From: a virus
Taxonomy: Duplodnaviria > Caudoviricetes
Length of the DNA stretch: 56,738 nucleotides
Virus record (IMG/VR): IMGVR_UViG_3300020733_000003
Location: 1 to 56,738 of that record
Strand: one strand, 5' to 3'
Below the pieces are notes generated by a model. It did not search any database and was not told the origin of the DNA. It saw nothing but the letters and a program-made list of their open reading frames with translations. Below, one piece after another: positions 7,042 through 14,518 of the stretch (the first letter of the stretch is position 1; each line of letters opens with the position of its first letter). The position numbers and the translations under genes are program-made.

Positions 7042-7076
7042 TTGCCCTGACAAAAACAAGAACCAGCGGACTTCTT

Positions 7077-7180
7077 TTGTATACATGGCGGGACTTGAAC
7101 CCACATCCTCCATGATCGGTTGCCTTGTCCGGTTACGATCCGGGAGCTTCCGTGGCGTTCTACCGTTGAGTTACATAGAT
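7077..7180 (-). tRNA. tRNA-like RNA or degenerate tRNA with about 29 extra nt in the anticodon arm
   Basis: Acceptor AUCUAUG/CAUGUAU, U8A9, D-loop CUCAACGGUAGA, T-arm GUGGG-UUCAAGU-CCCGC and 3' ACAA; D and anticodon stems are partly mismatched. Confidence 0.65.
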
Positions 7181-7192
7181 AACAACGCTATG

Positions 7193-7792
7193 TTACACCA
7201 TAAATGTATTCAGGTCAACCTCTTCGGCATTTCCAATCGTTCCAGACTCGGAATATTGCCAAGCGTAGTAGGTCGTGAAGGGCGCTGGGATTCTTGGGAC
7301 CAATACTCCGTACTCAGCGATCCAGAGCTTGAACACAGAAAGGCGCGGGTCGTTGTTCAGTACCTCATCGATGAATGACGGGGATGCATAGAGTCCTACA
7401 CTGTCAATTCCCGTCGAACGAATGATCTGGGATCTCATGTTGAGGAGCAGGTTAATCCGGGTGTCAAGCTCGATTGTCATCCATGGATCTTTCCCCCGAG
7501 ATGATTCGGCGTCAAGAACGGGGAAAAGATTGCCTACCGTGCCATCTAGGGCAGTCAAGAAGTTGACGATCTGCGACTTGGACATGATCGTCGGATCGAC
7601 AAAATGATATGCACCGTGGAGGATCTCATTTGCCTCGGCCTGCTGTCGGAATGTGGCGTAGCTTGGGTCTTTGAACACTGAACCTTGGGAAGCTTTAAGG
7701 TAGCAACGGGTGTAGCCCTGCCGTCTGGCAAGTTGGAAGTCAAATCCTTGTTGGTGGTGGCTGATATCGAATCCTGCGTAGGTGGTTGACAT
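7193..7792 (-). CDS. GH25 family muramidase (endolysin)
   Basis: Motifs GFDISHHQ, YLKASQG, GAYHF, PVLDAE, LWIAEY, WQYS and VDLN. Confidence 0.92.
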   Translation of the reverse strand: MSTTYAGFDISHHQQGFDFQLARRQGYTRCYLKASQGSVFKDPSYATFRQQAEANEILHGAYHFVDPTIMSKSQIVNFLTALDGTVGNLFPVLDAESSRGKDPWMTIELDTRINLLLNMRSQIIRSTGIDSVGLYASPSFIDEVLNNDPRLSVFKLWIAEYGVLVPRIPAPFTTYYAWQYSESGTIGNAEEVDLNTFMV

Positions 7793-7801
7793 GGCTTGTG
7801 G

Positions 7802-8236
7802 TTACTCCTTTGTGTGTTCAATGTACGGATGTGTGGTCATAAAACGTGGGTTCTTGCCGTTCGGGTTGTGACTGCGGCCAAAAGCTTTCCAGTCGATTGG
7901 GATTCCGCAACCCTCGGCTTCGACTAGGGCGTTGATCTCGCCTTTCAAGCTTTTGATGCGGCTTATAATCGTAGCCATGGCTTCGTAATCGTTGCTGTGT
8001 GATGAGAAGGTGAACCGATAGGCGGCTAGAATTTGGTGGTGATGGCTTGGATCGCCCTCGGTGGGGCGAACTATGTCGATAAGAAGCATCCAGATTCGGT
8101 TCGAGTCGTAGTTTTTATACTCTGGAGACACCATATTCAGTGTCATTCTCGGCGCATTCAGGCTTGCATCGGTTGACAACGAGTAGTTGTGAACCACGGG
8201 CTTACTTTTAGAGAACTTAACCGAGAATGACAGCAT
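7802..8236 (-). CDS. Hypothetical protein
   Basis: 144 aa; GGAGG SD. Confidence 0.75.
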   Translation of the reverse strand: MLSFSVKFSKSKPVVHNYSLSTDASLNAPRMTLNMVSPEYKNYDSNRIWMLLIDIVRPTEGDPSHHHQILAAYRFTFSSHSNDYEAMATIISRIKSLKGEINALVEAEGCGIPIDWKAFGRSHNPNGKNPRFMTTHPYIEHTKE

Positions 8237-8281
8237 AATTCGCCTCCAGATATGTACTAGATTAGACGAATCTGAGGTCGA

Positions 8282-8641
8282 TTAGTGTGACCAAGTAGCG
8301 CCAAAAACAAATCCGATCGATTTGCTGTTGACGTCGCTGAGCTGGAACTTCTTCGACACGTCGTAGGCGTCACCAACGCCAGCAAACAGGCTGAAGTTAG
8401 TGGTCTTGGCGTAGTGGAGGACCACACCTGCTCCGAGGGCTGGCTCCTGAGTCGTTGCGTTGGCTCCGAATAGGCCATCGACGGACAATGTGAACGGCCC
8501 TTTATTATAAAGCTGTCGTACAGGCTTGTCAATGACGGCAAATGTGTTTTTACGCTGGATGAAGCTGGCAAATCCGGTTGTGTCGGCCATGATGGAGGAC
8601 GATAGGGTGGCGAGGATCGTGAATGTAATGAGTCTTTTCAT
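8282..8641 (-). CDS. Exported, beta-strand-rich protein (possible outer-membrane protein)
   Basis: Signal-peptide-like MKRLITFTILATLSSSIMA; amphipathic strands; ends IGFVFGATWSH. Confidence 0.55.
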   Translation of the reverse strand: MKRLITFTILATLSSSIMADTTGFASFIQRKNTFAVIDKPVRQLYNKGPFTLSVDGLFGANATTQEPALGAGVVLHYAKTTNFSLFAGVGDAYDVSKKFQLSDVNSKSIGFVFGATWSH

Positions 8642-9021
8642 ATGGCTACCATTTTGAAGGAGGTTACGACGGATCGGAACAGGACATCTTTAGCTTGCTG
8701 TTCCAGCGGCAATTTATCAAATGGAACTAAGCAAGGATGTGTCTTCGCGCCCGCATCCTTCACCTCACCATAAACCCAACCGTCTTCAATTTTTTGAGCT
8801 GACCATGAGTCGTGATTGGCACTTGCGGGGGCATCGGGATTAGCCAATACAAATTGCACGCCTTTTATGGCGCTGTCTTTTTGCCACGTTGGGGCAAGGT
8901 TCCATTCTGTTTGCGAAAAGTCGCCAAGTGCCGCACAATATGCACGGTTTGCTTCGTGGCATACCCGAGCAATCTGTTCTACTTCGATCATAGGTATTTC
9001 TCCTTTTGGAAATATTTTCAA
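8638..9021 (-). CDS. RyR-domain protein
   Basis: IARVCHEANRAY...NHDSW...GWVYGEVKD...THPCLVPFDKLP..Q.AKD. Confidence 0.88.
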   Translation of the reverse strand: MKIFPKGEIPMIEVEQIARVCHEANRAYCAALGDFSQTEWNLAPTWQKDSAIKGVQFVLANPDAPASANHDSWSAQKIEDGWVYGEVKDAGAKTHPCLVPFDKLPLEQQAKDVLFRSVVTSFKMVAI

Positions 9022-9029
9022 AGCGTAGT

Positions 9030-10127
9030 TTAGCCCTTTGTGGCTTTGTATTTGGACCTTAGAGCCTGTAAATAGATCAAGCCGTCGTCAATGCTGTGAA
9101 AGATGTTGACCTTTTCGATGTCGGATTCGGTCATCGTGTTGACTACAACCATCACTGATGGGCTGATATAGGAAGCCTCAAAGTCTCCCGCGTCGGCGTA
9201 GTCGTCGTGCTTCTTGTACGAGGCTAGGGTGATGGATCTTCCAAGGACTCCACTGTATCCGTTCCTTGTCAAGGTGAATCCAGAGGAGTGAATGTGCCCA
9301 CCGATGGTTACGTCGGCTTTTGACCCCCGGAAATTCTTCTTCAGTGGACCATGCGACGGGTTATACATCGAGTGTCCCTTGTGGTAGTGCCTGATATCAA
9401 ACATGACCTCAGAGGAGCCGCAGATTAGTTTTGCGGCTATGCCGTGGTCGACCCCGAGTATTTTATGCTTCTGACACAGCGTGGCCGCTGTGGATGCCCA
9501 CTTGTCGTGGTTACCAAGAATGACAATCAGCCAAGGGACGTAGGTGATAAGCCACTCCATTAGCTCGATCGCTTCGTCGGCAGTGCCGTGTTGCCTGCCA
9601 TAGAGGTGGCCAAGTGCGCGGATCCAGTTGTTAGTGAGGTCGCCAATGTTGATGCCGTAGACATGGTCGTTGGATTTGATTGCCTCAAGATCCTCGATCA
9701 TCTTCTCGATGTCAGTTCCATCATCGTCAACGTGTGGATCGCCACAGCAGAGAATGGCGTATGGGCCTTCGTCGGAAATGGTAATCGTGACCCCGGATTT
9801 CTTCTGGTCGTAGTGGGCCTTGTTCGCCTTGAATGTTTCGACCTTCTCGGTCAGAATATCCTTGATGGGTCGAGCAAGTTTTGGAAGAGAACTGATCACC
9901 ACACCGGGTTTCAGTTGCTGGGCCACGCTTGGCAGTGGTTCATCTATTGTCGCCGTCTCGATAGGTCTTGGCAGTGGGTTAGAGAGACCCAGTTCTTTTA
10001 CCTTGTGAGTGATCGCCACCCGTGACCGCTTCAGGATATTCCCTATTTCGGAATAGGGAGTGGTCTTATAAAGATCGATGACGAGGTTGATCTCGTCCTG
10101 TGTCCACATCTTTTTCTTTTGGCGCAC
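9030..10127 (-). CDS. Calcineurin-like metallophosphoesterase with an N-terminal Myb/HTH-like domain
   Basis: GDPH, GDLTNN, GNHD, RH and GHIH metal motifs; N-terminal WTQDEINL...YSEIGNILKRS. Confidence 0.85.
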   Translation of the reverse strand: MRQKKKMWTQDEINLVIDLYKTTPYSEIGNILKRSRVAITHKVKELGLSNPLPRPIETATIDEPLPSVAQQLKPGVVISSLPKLARPIKDILTEKVETFKANKAHYDQKKSGVTITISDEGPYAILCCGDPHVDDDGTDIEKMIEDLEAIKSNDHVYGINIGDLTNNWIRALGHLYGRQHGTADEAIELMEWLITYVPWLIVILGNHDKWASTAATLCQKHKILGVDHGIAAKLICGSSEVMFDIRHYHKGHSMYNPSHGPLKKNFRGSKADVTIGGHIHSSGFTLTRNGYSGVLGRSITLASYKKHDDYADAGDFEASYISPSVMVVVNTMTESDIEKVNIFHSIDDGLIYLQALRSKYKATKG

Positions 10128-10140
10128 AAAAACCTCCTTG

Positions 10141-10416
10141 CTACTTGCAGTCCCACTTCCTGAGCGACTTGTTGATTCGGCTGTTCGGATCTTTGGCAGT
10201 CTTCTCGCTGGTCAGCTTTTCTTTCATGCCCTCCATGCGAGAGCAGAAGCTCTTCCTGCGGCCTGCCGCTTTTGGCGAACTGTCGGCTTCCTTCTTTGTT
10301 ACTGGCGGCTTCAGATTGTGGCCCTCTGCCTTTGCCGATGCTCTACCCTTGGCATTCAATCCACCCTTGGGATTTTGCCCTTCCCTTCGTTGCCATGCTG
10401 GTGTCTTCAAGTTCAT
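10141..10416 (-). CDS. Conserved basic phage protein (DUF6321-like)
   Basis: AWQRREGQNPKGGLNAKGRAS...RRKSFCSRM...DPNSRINKSLRKWDC; GGAGG SD. Confidence 0.75.
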   Translation of the reverse strand: MNLKTPAWQRREGQNPKGGLNAKGRASAKAEGHNLKPPVTKKEADSSPKAAGRRKSFCSRMEGMKEKLTSEKTAKDPNSRINKSLRKWDCK

Positions 10417-10472
10417 GGAACCTCCAATGGCAATTCTACAGTATAAGCCGAAATCCTAGTACATTGGCGTGA

Positions 10473-10724
10473 CTACAAAGAAGGAACATACCTACAATGC
10501 CGATTGCTGATGCGCCAGATTTCACCTCGATCGTTGGCAAGCATGAACCAGAGTTCTCCGTCGGGCGAATGCTCGATCGCGCCAAGAACAGCGTAGGTTT
10601 GGCCTTCAGTGAACCCACTAAGGGCTGGAACGGGAGTCAATGGTTGCTGACCGGCAAAAGTTTTGATCGTTACGTGTAGATTAGGTTGAAGGTAAAGAGC
10701 CATCAATCTATTCTCCCCAATCAT
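10473..10724 (-). CDS. Hypothetical protein
   Basis: 83 aa; beta-rich pattern. Confidence 0.65.
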   Translation of the reverse strand: MIGENRLMALYLQPNLHVTIKTFAGQQPLTPVPALSGFTEGQTYAVLGAIEHSPDGELWFMLANDRGEIWRISNRHCRYVPSL

Positions 10725-10779
10725 CAGAAACAGTCATACAGACATCCCGTTCAACAAAGCCTTTCGGCTAGGGTTTTAG

Positions 10780-11067
10780 TTACCATCCTGTAATCACCTC
10801 TGCTTGAAAGCCTTTCTCAGATAGCACATCGTAGACCATGCGTCTTAGCGCATCATTGCCGTCTCGGACCTTGGCAATCACAACGCTCCAATATGGTTGG
10901 GAATCTTGCTCCCCAACTCTTTGAAATGACTTGTGAAGTTCCACCGATACGGGTGGAGTTTGGCTTGCATCAAACAAAACCTTCCATTGGTCCGACTCAT
11001 CCCGTAACAACTGATCCACAATTTTGTAGATGCGTTTAGCTTCTTCGGCTAGTTGTTCACTGTTCAT
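10780..11067 (-). CDS. Hypothetical protein
   Basis: 95 aa; AGGGAG SD. Confidence 0.7.
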   Translation of the reverse strand: MNSEQLAEEAKRIYKIVDQLLRDESDQWKVLFDASQTPPVSVELHKSFQRVGEQDSQPYWSVVIAKVRDGNDALRRMVYDVLSEKGFQAEVITGW

Positions 11068-11233
11068 TCAAATTCTCCCTTGTACGTTCCTGCTCTTTCT
11101 TGTCTTGTACCGTCCGATTACCTTGGCAGTAGTCGCATAGCCCGTGGTTGCGGCAGTGGGGCGAGACGGCTTTGGCTTTATGGTATGGTTTCCGCTTCTC
11201 TTTACCGTGTTCGATTGCTTTATCTAGGCTCAC
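11057..11233 (-). CDS. Small Cys/His phage protein (58 aa, not in ORF track)
   Basis: GTG start coupled to the upstream stop; MSLDKAIEHGKEKRKPY...CRNHGLCDYCQGNR. Confidence 0.7.
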   Translation of the reverse strand: MSLDKAIEHGKEKRKPYHKAKAVSPHCRNHGLCDYCQGNRTVQDKKEQERTRENLNEQ

Positions 11234-11556
11234 CTTCTTGCATTCTTTTGAATGCCCCCATACAAGTACAAGAATTGCAACGAATCAAGGTTGTTTTCCA
11301 GACAATGCTTTTCGTGGCGAATACGTTTATTTTTAGCTTTCCAGTAGGCAATATCCTTCTGGTATTTGTTCTCGTGGTAGTGGATCGCTGATTCTGCTAT
11401 TTGCAGTTGACGTTGTGCGGTGTCTCGTTCCCATTTAAGAAGTTTGATTGCTTGGCTTGCTTTCTTGTTTTCAATAGTGACTATTACCAAAACGACAATA
11501 AGTGATGAACCGCAGAGTAAAGCAAGAGTCATAGCCGACGGGTAGAAATGTGTCAT
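11230..11556 (-). CDS. Membrane-anchored coiled-coil protein (start revised to MTHFYP)
   Basis: ATGA overlap at 11553-11556; N-terminal hydrophobic helix. Confidence 0.65.
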   Translation of the reverse strand: MTHFYPSAMTLALLCGSSLIVVLVIVTIENKKASQAIKLLKWERDTAQRQLQIAESAIHYHENKYQKDIAYWKAKNKRIRHEKHCLENNLDSLQFLYLYGGIQKNARR

Positions 11557-11846
11557 TTTTTGCCCCCTACAATGACTTCTGCGGGTTCGTCCAGTTGTTC
11601 TGCGACAATACACCCATCAGGATGTTTTACGCAGTCTTCGACGGCTAATCGAGTTGCATGGTCCACGTAGAAGTACATCTTTCCACGTTTGTTCAGTTGC
11701 CAAACTTCATGTTTGATTGCCGTTGGTGGGTGGTTGACTGCTACCAATGGCTTAAACGCTAGATAAGCAATGATTAAGGCAAGTCCCAATATAATCGCAA
11801 TACCAATCCTTCCCAGCGTTTCAAATGCTTTTCCAATTCCTTCCAT
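11553..11846 (-). CDS. Single-pass membrane protein
   Basis: TM helix IGIAIILGLALIIAYLAF; strong SD. Confidence 0.75.
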   Translation of the reverse strand: MEGIGKAFETLGRIGIAIILGLALIIAYLAFKPLVAVNHPPTAIKHEVWQLNKRGKMYFYVDHATRLAVEDCVKHPDGCIVAEQLDEPAEVIVGGKK

Positions 11847-11872
11847 TCACTCCCCCTCCTTTGCCTGTTCTG

Positions 11873-12061
11873 TCATGCCGCCACCTCAAATTCTTTCATC
11901 TCTGTAATAGTCCATCTAATAGACTCTCCAAACCTGTTCGTTACATAGAAGTAATGGGCTTTGTTGCTTGACATGGGCTTCAACACCGTGAAGACAGGAA
12001 ACCCTTCACCCTTGCTTAATTTCTGACCTTTCTTTAGGCTCTTAGCTGTTTCGGTTGTCAT
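11873..12061 (-). CDS. Hypothetical protein
   Basis: 62 aa; AAGGAG SD. Confidence 0.65.
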   Translation of the reverse strand: MTTETAKSLKKGQKLSKGEGFPVFTVLKPMSSNKAHYFYVTNRFGESIRWTITEMKEFEVAA

Positions 12062-12169
12062 TTTGTTCGCATCTCCTTAACGCCTTTAGGCACGCCTCTT
12101 TTAGTTGTTCGTGTTCGTTCATTCCGTTGGCGTCACCGATATGATCCACGTATCCGGGTGGTAAGTTGC

Positions 12170-12496
12170 TCATACGAACCCCATATTTGATTCAATGATT
12201 TCCCACGTGTTTTTAGACACTCGCTTCCATTTGGCACCACTCAAAGGACCGTAGATCGTGATAATCCATTCATGATCAGGGTCTTTACGTGCTTCACGTT
12301 CTGCCCTTGCTCCCGTCCAAAATGGAGGCCACTTCTTAGAGTGTGGGTGCTTGGTTCTCCATGCTCGTTCACATTCCATTTCGTCGTAAACCGGAACGCC
12401 ATCCTTGGTTACTTGAGCAACCCCAAACCCTACGCAAATATAAGAGCAAAGGTTAAAGTTTCTTTTTGGTGTTCCACCACATATGCAATCGCTCAT
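12170..12496 (-). CDS. Hypothetical protein
   Basis: 108 aa; AGGAGG SD; ATGA coupling. Confidence 0.75.
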   Translation of the reverse strand: MSDCICGGTPKRNFNLCSYICVGFGVAQVTKDGVPVYDEMECERAWRTKHPHSKKWPPFWTGARAEREARKDPDHEWIITIYGPLSGAKWKRVSKNTWEIIESNMGFV

Positions 12497-12702
12497 ACTC
12501 TCCTATCCTCCTTACATCTATCGCACATTCCCTGAAAAGTTCGTCTCTCGTTCAATACATCTGCCCTCTTTTGGGCTAGTTCCTCACTGGCCCACGTCTC
12601 CGAGTGTTGTCCGTTTAATGGCTCTGGATAAACCACTAGCCAGTTCTTACCGCTTTGTTGGATAGTGAAGTGGTTAGGCATCTTTTGCCTCATGTTTTTC
12701 AT
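12493..12702 (-). CDS. Hypothetical protein (start uncertain)
   Basis: Stop coupled to the next gene; C-terminal CDRC. Confidence 0.6.
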   Translation of the reverse strand: MKNMRQKMPNHFTIQQSGKNWLVVYPEPLNGQHSETWASEELAQKRADVLNERRTFQGMCDRCKEDRRV

Positions 12703-12853
12703 TTTTCACGTACATTGGGTGGTTCATATCGGATGGGATGCGGAAGAAAGACTCTCCACCTGTCAATTTATCGGTCCAAGTCTTCCCGTCAAAACTTCCA
12801 TGCAGTTCAATCTTTCGGGCATCAATCGTGATCCATTTCTGGCCGTTGCTCAT
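12674..12853 (-). CDS. Hypothetical protein (59 aa, not in ORF track)
   Basis: MSNGQKWITIDARKIELHGSFDGK...; AAGGAG SD and ATGA overlap. Confidence 0.6.
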   Translation of the reverse strand: MSNGQKWITIDARKIELHGSFDGKTWTDKLTGGESFFRIPSDMNHPMYVKNEKHEAKDA

Positions 12854-13200
12854 TGGTTTTGCTCCTTTCTAAAGCTTTGCTCAATCGCTTTGCGGGCAAT
12901 GGCAGAGACTGTGATCCCTTCACGCTCGGACCTGCGCTTGATCTCGTTGTACATGGCCTCATCAATATAAATGGTTATGTTGCTACTCCGCTTGGGGGTT
13001 TGCATTACTTGAATAGCAGGCGTCGGCTTGGGTTGAATTTCAACCGTGGACTCATAGTGGCCGACAATAAGCTGACGGATCCAAATTGAGTTGGCAACTC
13101 CCGCGTTATAGGCTTGCTGGTTGACATATTGGGTCATTTCTAGGTTCATCCATACGGCAACTTTGTTTTGCCGTTCATGTTTCATGCAGGTAATCTTCAT
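12850..13200 (-). CDS. Transcriptional regulator with two ribbon-helix-helix (CopG/Arc-like) units
   Basis: KVAVWMN...SIWIRQLI and NITIYID..MYNEIKRRS..EGITVSAIARKAIE. Confidence 0.75.
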   Translation of the reverse strand: MKITCMKHERQNKVAVWMNLEMTQYVNQQAYNAGVANSIWIRQLIVGHYESTVEIQPKPTPAIQVMQTPKRSSNITIYIDEAMYNEIKRRSEREGITVSAIARKAIEQSFRKEQNQ

Positions 13201-13232
13201 GGGCTTCCTTGGCTAAACCGCCAATACTAACA

Positions 13233-13260
13233 ATCATAGCACTATCTGGTGCGCTTCAAA
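13233..13260 (-). promoter_or_regulatory. Leftward promoter
   Basis: Extended -10 TGcTATGAT with TTTGAA 16 bp upstream. Confidence 0.5.
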
Positions 13261-13332
13261 ATAGAGATATATAAACAAAGCAAAGAAAATGTGCAGGAAT
13301 GATTTGCTCAATTGTTTGCTGTGGTCACATTG

Positions 13333-13343
13333 TCGGTTACAAT
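13333..13343 (+). promoter_or_regulatory. Shared promoter motif TCGGTTACAAT heading the virion operon
   Basis: Identical 11-mer at 49612-49622; both copies lie exactly 9 nt before an ATG. Confidence 0.55.
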
Positions 13344-13352
13344 AAAAATGCG

Positions 13353-13646
13353 ATGCCTAGAGTAGAAGACCCGACAAAGACCCCATGGTATAAGCACTGG
13401 TTTCTTGATGTCAGCATAATTGTGGCCTTAATTGGCCTTGTTATGACTGTCATGGCTCAAAGCACAGAGAATGGCCGTGAGAAGCAAAAGATCGAGGACC
13501 GTGTTGGCAACGTGGAGACTAAGGTTAGTGACCACGACACCCGGATTAAGGAGGTCGAAAAGATCCCCATTATCCTCAACCGAATGGACCAAAAATTAAC
13601 CGATATGCACGACTTTTTAGGAGTTCCTCCAAGGAAAACCAAATGA
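13353..13646 (+). CDS. TM plus coiled-coil protein (holin/lysis accessory-like; start revised to MPRVED)
   Basis: One TM helix followed by a heptad coil; first gene of the rightward operon. Confidence 0.6.
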   Translation: MPRVEDPTKTPWYKHWFLDVSIIVALIGLVMTVMAQSTENGREKQKIEDRVGNVETKVSDHDTRIKEVEKIPIILNRMDQKLTDMHDFLGVPPRKTK

Positions 13647-13825
13647 CCTTCATTTCAGGCTTGAAGTACGTCGGGGCATTTGTCGTAGGGTTTCTAACTC
13701 CGCTTGTAGGTACCATGGCTACAGGGCATTGGCCTTCTGGCTCAATTTGGCCTATAGCGATCGCTACAGGGCTTACCAATACTGGGTTCTTCCACATGAA
13801 ATCTCCAGCCCAAAAGGATAAATGA
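13643..13825 (+). CDS. Putative holin
   Basis: 60 aa; two hydrophobic segments and a basic C-terminus; ATGA coupling on both sides. Confidence 0.5.
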   Translation: MTFISGLKYVGAFVVGFLTPLVGTMATGHWPSGSIWPIAIATGLTNTGFFHMKSPAQKDK

Positions 13826-14511
13826 ACGAACAAATACCATTGACCGAAATGCAGAGGAAGTTTGCCGAGTCAGTTTTTGCTGGGCATAGCTTGATCGAGT
13901 CTTACAAGATGGCTGGTTATAGTGTAATCAACCGCAAGACGGGCTTGCCTCGCCGGGAAAATGGCATGAGGGTTCATGCATCAAAGCTCCACGCATCGCC
14001 GCAGGTGCAGGAATACCTTAACAACCTAAGGCAGGAAGGTCTCAAGAAAACCATTCTATCGGTCGAAGAGACAAACCGTGGCATGAAGGAAATTACGGTC
14101 GCTGACATTGGTGACTACTTCACTGATGACGGTGAAGGCGGCCAGCGGATCAAGAATTTCCATGAGATGACGCCTGAACAGCGAAGGCCAATTAAGGCTG
14201 TTAAGTTCAAGAATGGTCAGGTTTCCGAATTCTCGTTGGAAGGCAAGTCCCCAGTTCTTTTTAAGGCCGCTGATATCCTTGGGATGGTCACCAATAAGGT
14301 CGAGTTGTCAGTCTCCGACGAGGCAGTCTTCCAGTTCTTTGGTAGAGCGATGGCTCAGGAAGGAATCGATCTCGAGACGGTTAAGAAGATTCTAGCCAAT
14401 GTCAACCAGCAAATATCGGAAGTTCCAAAGGGGCTTGGCATTACGCCAATCATCAATTCGTTTATTGATCGAAACGAGTTAGTTGACGACGAAGTTTCCG
14501 ACGAGGAGTAA
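13822..14511 (+). CDS. terS: Terminase small subunit
   Basis: HTH LTEMQRKFA...SYKMAGYS...ASKL..PQVQEYL and ADIGDYF; directly upstream of TerL. Confidence 0.85.
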   Translation: MNEQIPLTEMQRKFAESVFAGHSLIESYKMAGYSVINRKTGLPRRENGMRVHASKLHASPQVQEYLNNLRQEGLKKTILSVEETNRGMKEITVADIGDYFTDDGEGGQRIKNFHEMTPEQRRPIKAVKFKNGQVSEFSLEGKSPVLFKAADILGMVTNKVELSVSDEAVFQFFGRAMAQEGIDLETVKKILANVNQQISEVPKGLGITPIINSFIDRNELVDDEVSDEE

Positions 14512-14518
14512 CTAGCCT

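Noticed and set aside
6972-7050. Firm call as a c-di-GMP-I riboswitch or canonical theta ribozyme
   Set aside because: The required P2 GNRA hairpin (riboswitch) and canonical P3/L3 (HDV-like) are missing; kept only as an unassigned candidate.
6957-7106. N-terminal extension of ORF 6498..7106
   Set aside because: It begins inside the tRNA-like T-arm and crosses the structured RNA; more likely noncoding.
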